From positions 19,877-83,876 of IMG/VR virus record IMGVR_UViG_3300037471_001079: a stretch of DNA of 64,000 nt. One strand, written 5' to 3'. This document shows positions 1 through 8,213 of the stretch, piece by piece. Position numbers and translations under genes: made by a program. Each line of letters opens with the position of its first letter. The stretch's first letter is position 1. A model generated the notes under the pieces. It saw only the letters and a program-made list of their open reading frames with translations, was not told the DNA's origin and did no database searches. Source of the stretch: a virus. Lineage: Duplodnaviria > Heunggongvirae > Uroviricota > Caudoviricetes.

Positions 1-51
1 AATGGGTGTGGTTTCGGTCATGACCGAAATTTATATACAAACTTCGGACAG

Positions 52-77
52 AAAAAGGCCCCTCGCGGGGCCTTTTT
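52..77. terminator. Rho-independent (bidirectional) terminator: AAAAA-GGCCCC-TCGC-GGGGCC-TTTTT downstream of the last late gene
   Basis: perfect 6-bp GC stem with a 4-nt loop, flanked by an A5 run and a T5 run; lies just past the stop of the 97..1701 minus-strand gene. Confidence 0.7.
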
Positions 78-96
78 CGTATCAGTGCTGACGCTC

Positions 97-1701
97 TTAG
101 CTGAAGTACCCTTCGTTGATGGCTGGAGCGTAGACGTCCTCACCAACCTGCAGGGCCTTGAGGAACCCTGGATGGATACCATCCTCGCCGATCGCCAGCT
201 TCACGATGGCACCGGAGGCGTGAGAGTTGGTGACCGAAGACGCAAGTGAGCTGGAGAACGGGCTCGCATTCGAACCAGGCTGCGTGACCGTCAAGATGGT
301 CTTGGACTCAGGCGTACCGCCGGTGTCGATGGCGATGCAGCTGTTCTCTGGTGCAGCCGCGACCAGCGAGGCAGTGGTGGCCGCCGCCGCCATAAGCGCT
401 GATAGTGTCGTCGACCATCCGGAGTTGAACCCGGCGGGCAGAGACCAGGTGTAGCGGGTGCCACCAGCCGAGTACTTGTCCCAACCGTCGAGCGAGTTGA
501 TGATCCGATCGACGCCGACGTTGCGAGGGCCGCTGATGAAGTACTCGTGCAAGCCCCAAGCTGAGCCCGTGCTGTAGGTCCAGTTGGCCGACTGAGCCGA
601 CTGGTTCGTCACCGTAGTGAACCCGTCCGTCGAGGCAATGCGAGGAGCCAACGTCGACTGCACCAGAGGAACGCTGGGCCACTGGGCTTTGACGGCCTGC
701 CACATCGTGGTCATGGTAGAGATCCAGGTCGACAAGGTGCCGGTCTGGTCGTTGGTGCCGAAGCCGGAATAGACCGACGTGAACGGCAGGGCGCCCCTGG
801 GGTTGCCCTTCGAGATCGCCAGGATGGCTCGGGCACGACGGCTGAGACCAGAGCTACCGTTGATACCGGCAGCCAGGCCGCCAGAGACAGCCCAGTTGGC
901 GGCGGGTACACGAGGAGCGCCGTTCTTCTTGCTCGTCAGACCAAGACCGATTGGGCCAGCCTCGCCGAACCGATTGCAATGCATGCGGCTCTGGCCGACG
1001 CCCTGCTCGATCGACGTGCCGAGCACCAGCACCACAGGACGACCGTCCCAACCCTGAGCGACCATGGCGCAGGGACCGAACGGGTACTGGCTGTTGCCGG
1101 AGGGGATGGTCGTGGAGATGCCGCCCGCCATCACCTTGTCGGCGAGAGAGGACGTGCCGACCTCGGCCTTGTCGCCGAAGCGCGGGCGGATACCCTGAGC
1201 CGGAGACGACAGATAGGACGTGGAAGTGGGCACCGACCAGGCCGTACGGACGCAACACAGCGTCGCCGGCGGGATGGCGATCAAGGTGTTGGCGTCGGTC
1301 CAGATCTCAGTGTCGTCCACCAGCGTATAGGGCTGAGTGGAGCTGTTGATCGAGAGCTTGATAGGAGAACCGGCCAGGCCGACCTGCAGGCTCATTGCCT
1401 CGACGGTGGTGTTGTTGCCGTTGGCGGCTTCCTGCCCACCGGCGCCGGACGTCGTCTCATACCAGTTGGCGATCAGGAATCGAGGAGCGAAGGTCCAGTA
1501 GTCGTCAGAGACGAACCACTTCTCCGCGACGCCGAACAAGGCAGAGGCACCAGGCTGGTAGTGTTGAGTCGGCGCCCGGAAGCCGTTCGACGAGAACATA
1601 TACCTGGACTGATTGGCCTGAATATAGGCCGCTGCCGGCCCCATAATGGGGTCGATCAGCTTCTGGGCCAGGTCTCTTCCGAAGACGGTTTCAAAACTCA
1701 T
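97..1701 (-). CDS. 534-aa protein whose C-terminal half looks like an SGNH/GDSL-type hydrolase (esterase); N-terminal ~200 aa unknown
   Basis: GTSIEQG block resembles SGNH block I (GDS variant); C-terminal DGIHPG matches the catalytic DxxH block V; last gene of the late operon, after the lysis cassette. Confidence 0.45.
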   Translation of the reverse strand: MSFETVFGRDLAQKLIDPIMGPAAAYIQANQSRYMFSSNGFRAPTQHYQPGASALFGVAEKWFVSDDYWTFAPRFLIANWYETTSGAGGQEAANGNNTTVEAMSLQVGLAGSPIKLSINSSTQPYTLVDDTEIWTDANTLIAIPPATLCCVRTAWSVPTSTSYLSSPAQGIRPRFGDKAEVGTSSLADKVMAGGISTTIPSGNSQYPFGPCAMVAQGWDGRPVVLVLGTSIEQGVGQSRMHCNRFGEAGPIGLGLTSKKNGAPRVPAANWAVSGGLAAGINGSSGLSRRARAILAISKGNPRGALPFTSVYSGFGTNDQTGTLSTWISTMTTMWQAVKAQWPSVPLVQSTLAPRIASTDGFTTVTNQSAQSANWTYSTGSAWGLHEYFISGPRNVGVDRIINSLDGWDKYSAGGTRYTWSLPAGFNSGWSTTLSALMAAAATTASLVAAAPENSCIAIDTGGTPESKTILTVTQPGSNASPFSSSLASSVTNSHASGAIVKLAIGEDGIHPGFLKALQVGEDVYAPAINEGYFS

Positions 1702-1714
1702 TTAATGTACTCGC

Positions 1715-1927
1715 TTAAACAGCCGACTTGTTGGGCGTGAAATACACAGCCGCATGCCCGACGGCGTAGGCGAACGCCATGGTAATGACGGACTCGTAAG
1801 TGGCCGGAATGTCGACGTGGAAAGAAGCCTCGACGAGGCCGATGCCGAAATTGGCAATAGTGGTTCCGAGACCGGCAGACATAAAGCCACCGATGTAGGC
1901 CTTGGCTGCAGTGAGATCAAACTTCAT
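1715..1927 (-). CDS. Small membrane protein, putative holin (70 aa, two hydrophobic segments)
   Basis: hydrophobic segments GGFMSAGLGTTIANFGIGLV and ITMAFAYAVGHAAVYF; overlaps the endolysin gene's 3' end by 11 nt. Confidence 0.45.
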   Translation of the reverse strand: MKFDLTAAKAYIGGFMSAGLGTTIANFGIGLVEASFHVDIPATYESVITMAFAYAVGHAAVYFTPNKSAV

Positions 1928-2672
1928 TGGTCAGATAATCCTTGATTGAAATACGTTTACCTTTCTTCCACTGAACTGCCCCGGTGGAACTGGCGGGGTA
2001 CACTGAGACCTTACCGTCGTTCGAGTAGACGCCTTCTCGGAAGAGCTTCTGCTCCTTGAGACGTCTTTCCTTGACGGCGGCCGGTTTGAAGAAGTTGGCG
2101 AACGCCTTGCCGGCGCCCTCGACATCACCAGCGTTGAGCAGCTTGGTGATCGAGGCCGTCTTGATGCGGCCGGTGTTCCAATGAAACGAGACCAGGGCGT
2201 TGTACTGGGTCTGCGAGAGCGGGACCTTGACCGCGGCGCGAACGTCGGCCTCGTACTTCTCCAACCCCTTCTTGAAGAGCTTGAGAACGTCCTCAAGTGG
2301 CTGGGCGACACCTTTCGGCATCGAGGCCGGATTGACCAGGCCGGACGCCTTCGTAAGCCCGACGCCGTAGGTCCAGACGCCGACGCTGTCCTTGTAGGGC
2401 ATCGGCACGATCGCCTCGTGCGAGACCAGCTCGACCATACCGTCGAGGTCGAGTGTCATCCGGCCACCCGGCTCAGCCGGGGCGGCCGGATCAGACTGAG
2501 CTCCCTGCAGAGCCTTGGTCGTGATCGGGCCTACCTTCCCATCGATCACCAGGCCATGGTCCTTTTGGAACGCCTTGACCGCAGCCTCGCTCTTCGGTCC
2601 GAAGTCGCCGTCGATCTTGCCGGTGTAGTAACCGAGGGCCTTGAGCTTGGTCTGAATCTCTTCAACAGTCAT
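1917..2672 (-). CDS. Endolysin: N-terminal peptidoglycan-binding domain plus GH24 (T4/lambda-type) lysozyme
   Basis: PG_binding_1-like LGYYTGKIDGDFGPKSEAAVKAFQKDHGLVIDGKVGPIT; catalytic-region motif HEAIVPMPYKDSVGVWTYGVGLT (E...D...T of T4 lysozyme). Confidence 0.75.
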   Translation of the reverse strand: MTVEEIQTKLKALGYYTGKIDGDFGPKSEAAVKAFQKDHGLVIDGKVGPITTKALQGAQSDPAAPAEPGGRMTLDLDGMVELVSHEAIVPMPYKDSVGVWTYGVGLTKASGLVNPASMPKGVAQPLEDVLKLFKKGLEKYEADVRAAVKVPLSQTQYNALVSFHWNTGRIKTASITKLLNAGDVEGAGKAFANFFKPAAVKERRLKEQKLFREGVYSNDGKVSVYPASSTGAVQWKKGKRISIKDYLTNEV

Positions 2673-2968
2673 TATGGCTTCAGCTGCAAGATATTGGTCA
2701 TAAGAAAAGTGATGATGGCAGTACCGGCGACACCGAGGCCACCGATGATCATCTGTAGATATGGTTTGTTCGCGGCGATTTTCAACTCGAGAGCATTGAC
2801 CTTCTCTGTCAGCTTCTCTTGACTCTCCTCGTATTTCTTTAGGGAGTCCTTCATCGTAGTCTGCCGTTCCTCGATCAATACAAGACGGGCGATAGCGTCC
2901 GTGATCTTCTCAATTTGCTCGTCCTGGCGATCGAGTCTATCCGCCAACATATCAATCGAAACCGGCAT
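2672..2968 (-). CDS. XhlA-like lysis-associated protein (N-terminal coiled coil, single C-terminal TM helix)
   Basis: 98 aa; charged coiled-coil N-terminus, C-terminal MIIGGLGVAGTAIITFLMTNIL TM segment; sits immediately upstream of the endolysin; start overlaps the endolysin stop. Confidence 0.4.
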   Translation of the reverse strand: MPVSIDMLADRLDRQDEQIEKITDAIARLVLIEERQTTMKDSLKKYEESQEKLTEKVNALELKIAANKPYLQMIIGGLGVAGTAIITFLMTNILQLKP

Positions 2969-2997
2969 AATTAAAATGAATTCCAGGAAAATAGAAA

Positions 2998-3171
2998 CTA
3001 CTTATGAGGTATATAAGTAGGAATGCCATCTCCGAACAGCTCACGAAATTCTTCGCGAAGTTTCTTGATGATCCATTCCGACTGAGATTGCTTCGAGAGT
3101 GAGGCAAGGATCGCCAGTTTCTGGCGATCCTCTTCTGTCCCCCAGGCCGTGATCTGGTTGCGCTTCTTCAT
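2998..3171 (-). CDS. Ribbon-helix-helix (Arc/MetJ/CopG-like) DNA-binding protein, 57 aa
   Basis: MKKRNQITAWGTEEDRQKLAILASLSKQSQSEWIIKKLREEF fits a beta-strand plus two helices of an RHH fold; start re-assigned to the internal Met of the 2998..3531 ORF, forming an ATGA overlap with the upstream gene stop at 3171. Confidence 0.45.
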   Translation of the reverse strand: MKKRNQITAWGTEEDRQKLAILASLSKQSQSEWIIKKLREEFRELFGDGIPTYIPHK

Positions 3172-3707
3172 CACGCCACCAGCGGCTCGGCGATCGAGCA
3201 GATAGCGTAGACCTTGAACTTGTAGGGCGTGGTCTGCGCCGTGTTCACGGTCACGTAGACACCACTGAAGCGACCGTGCAGCGGAAGCAGGGAGTTGTAC
3301 TCGTCGACTTCGTAGTCGTACTGCTTGGTCGACCGGGTTGGCGCGACCAGCTGGATGCCGGTCTTGCCGGGGCCGGTCCAGATCTCGAACGAGAACGTGG
3401 AATCGGACGGGCCGTCGAAGTTGCTGATCCGGAGCTTCTCGATGAAGAAATCTTCGGCGCCGGTGAAGGCGATGATGGTCTCGCCGGCGGTTGCGCCGTC
3501 GACCCAACCAGACCCACCAGGCTGCTCCCACTCGAAGTGGGTGGCATCCCTGATGCCGTCCGCGTTGGTGAGCTTGATCGGGCCGGCTGAGGTAAAGGAC
3601 CGGCCGATCATCTGGCCATTGTTGTGGGCCATGTTGCCGTTGCCGACAACGGCGGCGGATGCGCCGCCGCCAGATGCCGTCGAGGGGTTGTTCAGATTAA
3701 ATCCCAT
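3171..3707 (-). CDS. Hypothetical protein (178 aa), possibly a fiber-associated structural or assembly protein
   Basis: ORF lies between the distal fiber gene and the lysis genes; Gly/Ser/Thr-rich; no motif recognised. Confidence 0.35.
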   Translation of the reverse strand: MGFNLNNPSTASGGGASAAVVGNGNMAHNNGQMIGRSFTSAGPIKLTNADGIRDATHFEWEQPGGSGWVDGATAGETIIAFTGAEDFFIEKLRISNFDGPSDSTFSFEIWTGPGKTGIQLVAPTRSTKQYDYEVDEYNSLLPLHGRFSGVYVTVNTAQTTPYKFKVYAICSIAEPLVA

Positions 3708-3719
3708 TGATGAAATTCC

Positions 3720-5930
3720 TCAGTAATAGATGGCGTGCGTGCTCGGGAACGCCCCAATGTCCGCGGCGCTGTGAGGCGCGCCGTGGTCGCGCATCCACTG
3801 GCCGACCATGTTGTAGGTGAGCGCCCCAGGCAGGACGTTGTTCAGGAAGCAGTAGGCCATCAGGATGCCGCAGGCGTTGCCGCCGGCCGCATAGCCAGGG
3901 TCGAGCCGGAGCACCGCCCAGCACGGCCGCGAGCACGAGACCGCCGCGGAGACGATCAGGTTGTCGCAGACGCCCTTCTGCGGACGGATGTTGTCGAGAC
4001 CGATACCGATGTAGCTGGCGCCCTCGAACCCATGCGGGTACTCCTGGGTGGAAAGGAGGCCGCCACCCGGCAGAACTGCATCGCGCCCATGGTGGATATC
4101 GAAGGCGTAACCTCCCCACCAGAGGGCATCGACCACCTGGTTGGTGTAAGGCCAGGTCCTGAGTGGGTCGGCCAGGTACTGCCGGTCAATGGTACCGGTC
4201 GATGTGGCGCTGAACGTCATCGGCGAGCCGGTCAGGGTCGCCTTGATCGAATAGCGGTTTGCATCGATGACCGTGTGGACGCGGTAGACCGTACCTTCTG
4301 TCACCTCGGGAGGTAGGGTGGCGCCGCTCTCCTTGGTGAACTTGACACGGAAGTTGGGCTGCAGGTTGTGGGCGGTGTCGGTGACGTAGCTGGTGACGCT
4401 CGAGAACGTGGCCGTCGAGAACGTGTCCTCGCGCTCAGGCTCGTCCTGGGCCAGCTGGTTGCCCCAAACATCAGGCCAGGTGATCACCCGCCGGCCGATG
4501 ATCCGCCGGTCGCCGCGCGTGTAGAGCAGCTCCGGCATGCCCGCGACCATGTAGTATGGCTTGTTGGTGGAGCCGTCGTACTCGTCCTTGCACAGGCCGT
4601 AGGAGGCCACGGAGTTGCGTAGAGCAGCCGGTAGCTCTGAAGCGGTGGCAGCGGTGTAGATCTTGCCGAGCCACTGGTAGTAGAACTCCCACTTCAGCTC
4701 CTCACGGCGCTCGAACGAAGCACGAGGGTATTCCCAAGCCAACCGGCCGCCGATGTCACCGGAGTTGGTGGCGAACTTGTCGAGCGGGACGCCGTTCTTG
4801 ATGATCTGGTTGGAGAACGTACCGGCGGAATAGGACTGAGTGCCGGACTGAGTGCCAGATGTATTGACAGCAGAACCACCAACTGTGGCAGATACTTGGA
4901 ACGTATCAGTGGTAAGACCGCTAGCTATGACATAGTAAGCAATGTCAGCAGTTAGCCCAGTGGGGAGTGCGCCAGTCGTAAAGAAGTAAACTTTAGCACC
5001 TGCAGTGAGACCATGGGCTGTTTTTGTAATAACTGCGGGGGATGCGATAGAGATGGTGCATTGGATGGTAGCAGTCGAGCCCTTACTGATGCCAACGGCA
5101 GCCGCCGTCGTGGCACCGGTGGCCAGCAGATAGTTGATCCACTCGCGGAAGTCGTTCTTGTTGTAGCCCGGCGGCTTGCAGTGAACATCGCCGAACGACC
5201 ACATGTTGGCCGCGGTCTGCGTGATGACCGGTCGGATATTGTACGGCTCTGTGTTGAGATCCGCCGCGTAATCAGGCGCCTCGCCAGGATACTCATACAG
5301 CTTGTAGATCGAACCGCGGCTGTCCCGGAGAGTGGTGGTGGCCTGGACAGTGCCGTTGATGAAGTCCTGGTTGCCGCCAACGAACTCGTTGTACTGGGAG
5401 CGACCCTCTCGGACGCTCGACATGAAGCCGCCCGAGACAGCGTAGAGATCGCCGAGTGGCGAGCAGTCGACCCAGAGGCCGGACGTGATCACCGTCTCGG
5501 TGTTGTCGTCGCGGTTCTTGAACGTGATCGAGGTGAAGCCGTTGGTGTCCTTGCGGACGGAATCTTCCAGTATCTGCTCGCGGTACATGAAGGTGACGGA
5601 CCCCTGAGTGAGGTCCGCCAGCATGTCGTCCATGACCGACTGGGCGTCGGCAGGCAGGAACCACTTCACCGACGGTGGACCGTTGAGGGCATTGGCCGCC
5701 GGGTAGTTGAACTTCTGGATCAGGCGACCCATGAACTCGTTGTAGCGGCCCCAGTGAGCGTGACCCTGTGCGGCCTCGTCAGACCCGAAGATCTGCGTGG
5801 CCATCATGCTGCCCCTGGTCGCGTCAGGGCCGATGCATAGCGCGTCGCCCCCGGTCAGTTCGGCGAAGTCCAGGGCACCGAAAAAGGCACCCATGGTCGT
5901 GTCATAAAATACGCAATCAAATGCTGACAT
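3720..5930 (-). CDS. Large (736 aa) tail fiber or tailspike-like protein, possibly carrying an enzymatic (depolymerase) domain
   Basis: position distal to the J-derived fibers; size; Thr/Ser/Gly-rich central repeats; no specific catalytic motif identified. Confidence 0.4.
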   Translation of the reverse strand: MSAFDCVFYDTTMGAFFGALDFAELTGGDALCIGPDATRGSMMATQIFGSDEAAQGHAHWGRYNEFMGRLIQKFNYPAANALNGPPSVKWFLPADAQSVMDDMLADLTQGSVTFMYREQILEDSVRKDTNGFTSITFKNRDDNTETVITSGLWVDCSPLGDLYAVSGGFMSSVREGRSQYNEFVGGNQDFINGTVQATTTLRDSRGSIYKLYEYPGEAPDYAADLNTEPYNIRPVITQTAANMWSFGDVHCKPPGYNKNDFREWINYLLATGATTAAAVGISKGSTATIQCTISIASPAVITKTAHGLTAGAKVYFFTTGALPTGLTADIAYYVIASGLTTDTFQVSATVGGSAVNTSGTQSGTQSYSAGTFSNQIIKNGVPLDKFATNSGDIGGRLAWEYPRASFERREELKWEFYYQWLGKIYTAATASELPAALRNSVASYGLCKDEYDGSTNKPYYMVAGMPELLYTRGDRRIIGRRVITWPDVWGNQLAQDEPEREDTFSTATFSSVTSYVTDTAHNLQPNFRVKFTKESGATLPPEVTEGTVYRVHTVIDANRYSIKATLTGSPMTFSATSTGTIDRQYLADPLRTWPYTNQVVDALWWGGYAFDIHHGRDAVLPGGGLLSTQEYPHGFEGASYIGIGLDNIRPQKGVCDNLIVSAAVSCSRPCWAVLRLDPGYAAGGNACGILMAYCFLNNVLPGALTYNMVGQWMRDHGAPHSAADIGAFPSTHAIYY

Positions 5931-5933
5931 GAA

Positions 5934-8078
5934 TTACAATCCAGAAATAGCAGTCACGAGAGTATCAACAGCCGCCTTGAGGTTCGTGATCTCGGACGGA
6001 GAGAGAGCCGTCGAGAGGAAGGCGAAACGCATATTCTCTGTTACATAGGAACTGGCCGTGATTGTGCCGTCGCTGTTGTTGACAGCGCAGCCGATCTTGA
6101 ACTCATGCGAGCCAACGCCGGTTGATGCTTGCGTCCAGGTGTGAGTTTCACCATTGGCGTAAGCGTCGTAGTCGGCCGCCTCGCGGCGGGTCATCACCAT
6201 CAAGCCAGTGTGGCTCGTTTGGGTATTCCAGGTATCGGTGCTGGTGGCGTTGGCTCTGGTGAGCAGACCCGTGGTGCGGTTGGAGATCTGCATCAGGCCG
6301 TTGGAGATATGCTGCGTGGCCGAGTTGCTCGCCGGCGTCGTCAGTGCGGAGGCAAACCCGAGCGAGAAGTTGTCCTGGCCGAGAGCGGTACCAGCCAGCA
6401 GCTTGCCGGTGTCGAGGCGGGCGCCGAGGGTGTTACCAGCGAACTGGTAGCCCTGCTTCGAGTCTCGGATGAAGTCGGCGAGCGTCTTGCCGGAGCCGCT
6501 GACGACGGGCGCCGCTGCGTCGTCCGAGGCCCAGTTCTCCAGCGCGAGCAGGTTGTCCGGTCCGACGAAGACGTAGAAGAACACGCTCTTGGCGATGATC
6601 GGCATCGTCGAGGCATAGAAGGCCCGAAGCGGCGTATCCCAGGACGAGGTGAGGATCGTGGAGTTGCGGCTGAGTATCCGATCGAAGCCGATGTCGGCGA
6701 CGATGTTGCGGCCGTCGGTGGTCGACATGTAACAGCTGATCGGCGTGTCGGCGACGTCAGCCTTGATGCGGACCGGGGTTGGCAGCTGCCGGTCGGCCGT
6801 GAAGCTGCCACCCGGGAGGATTTTGGCGCCGGTTGTGGTGGTCGGATCAGCGCCGCCGAAGTCGATCCGGATGATCGGAACCGCCGCGGTCGGATCTGTC
6901 GGCATGTCGGCGTTGTTGAACAACATGAAATCTTTAAGACTCGGCGCAATCGGCACAAGTTCTTGTGCTGATGTTCCGACGTTCATATACAAAGGAAACC
7001 ACGTAACCGGATCGTCCATTAAACTACCTTCCAAAAGTACCCAAGTATTTTCGAGAAAAATTGAGCGCGTATATTCATTCGCGCGGATTACACCAGGATA
7101 AACTCTCGTCCCGTCCGGGTAGACGAGTGGCCGACCGAGAAGAGTAGCATCCTTGGCATTGGTGAACGTGGTCCGCCAGATCAGCTCAGTGCCATTCGGA
7201 ATAATCGCCGGCATTACAGGGCTGGGCGTACCAGTGTAGGCAGCAGACGTGCCACCAGCCGACAGCATCAAATGTGTCTGCGGAGCAACACCATCAGGCG
7301 ACGTCTCAGTGGACGTCACCGTGTATTCATTGGAGATACTGAGGTCGGTGGAGCTGAACGTGTCGTAAGCCCCGACCCGGACGTAGTAGACCGTCGAGGG
7401 AGCGACATCGAGCGTGATGGTATCGTTGACGCCGGCATAGGCCGGCGTCGTCGTCAGTGGATTGAAGCCGGAGATCGTCGACATCCAGACCTTCATGCCG
7501 GCAAAGTCGATGTCGACCGGCCGGTTGATGCCGACGGTCATCTTCGTGTCTGTGATGTCGAAGATGGGGACCGCGGTCCTCGGCACCGGGTTGGACACAC
7601 CAAGCGTGGTCCAGTCTGAAACGTTGCCGAGGCTGTCGGCGACGCGGACGCGCAGGACGAAGTTTCGGTAGGGACCGCCGTCGGTGGTGGCGAACGCCGT
7701 GGTGTATGTGAAAGTCGGGGTGGTAACCGTCCTGGTCGTCGGCGTGCCGAGGACGTTCACCTCGTAGTGGTGGAAGAACGGATCATCGCTGGCCGTCCAC
7801 AGGAACACCGGCTGTGGGACCGTGAAGACGTTGGCGCTGCCGCTGGCAGGATCGAGGATCAGACCGACCGGTTGGGCGATGACGCGGACCGAACCGGCGA
7901 TGTTCTTGGAGATGGTCGTGGTCGGTCCACGCTCGTCGAGATCATTGATGGGAGTGATCGCGACGGTGACCGTGCCGGAGTAAGTCGTCGGGATTTCAAC
8001 GCTAAGATCAGCGGTCGTCGTATTCGAGATGATAGTCCCGTCCGACTCGCGGACGATTACCTCATACAAATAACTCAC
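5934..8078 (-). CDS. Tail fiber / receptor-binding protein, paralog 2 (FN3-like N-terminal module related to the lambda J C-terminal region)
   Basis: N-terminus MSYLYEVIVRESDGTIIS... is paralogous to 8214..9986; YYVRVGAYDTFS motif resembles lambda J YYFYIRSVNTVGKS; C-terminal domain diverged. Confidence 0.55.
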   Translation of the reverse strand: MSYLYEVIVRESDGTIISNTTTADLSVEIPTTYSGTVTVAITPINDLDERGPTTTISKNIAGSVRVIAQPVGLILDPASGSANVFTVPQPVFLWTASDDPFFHHYEVNVLGTPTTRTVTTPTFTYTTAFATTDGGPYRNFVLRVRVADSLGNVSDWTTLGVSNPVPRTAVPIFDITDTKMTVGINRPVDIDFAGMKVWMSTISGFNPLTTTPAYAGVNDTITLDVAPSTVYYVRVGAYDTFSSTDLSISNEYTVTSTETSPDGVAPQTHLMLSAGGTSAAYTGTPSPVMPAIIPNGTELIWRTTFTNAKDATLLGRPLVYPDGTRVYPGVIRANEYTRSIFLENTWVLLEGSLMDDPVTWFPLYMNVGTSAQELVPIAPSLKDFMLFNNADMPTDPTAAVPIIRIDFGGADPTTTTGAKILPGGSFTADRQLPTPVRIKADVADTPISCYMSTTDGRNIVADIGFDRILSRNSTILTSSWDTPLRAFYASTMPIIAKSVFFYVFVGPDNLLALENWASDDAAAPVVSGSGKTLADFIRDSKQGYQFAGNTLGARLDTGKLLAGTALGQDNFSLGFASALTTPASNSATQHISNGLMQISNRTTGLLTRANATSTDTWNTQTSHTGLMVMTRREAADYDAYANGETHTWTQASTGVGSHEFKIGCAVNNSDGTITASSYVTENMRFAFLSTALSPSEITNLKAAVDTLVTAISGL

Positions 8079-8213
8079 GTCGGAAGAGGCTCCTTCCAGG
8101 AGATAATCAACTTCTTGCTGGAGCCACTACCGGTCGTAGTGACCGTCACATCTCTGACATTATCGGGTGTGTTGAAAAGATCCAAAATCATGCTCTACTA
8201 TATAGGTACTGAT

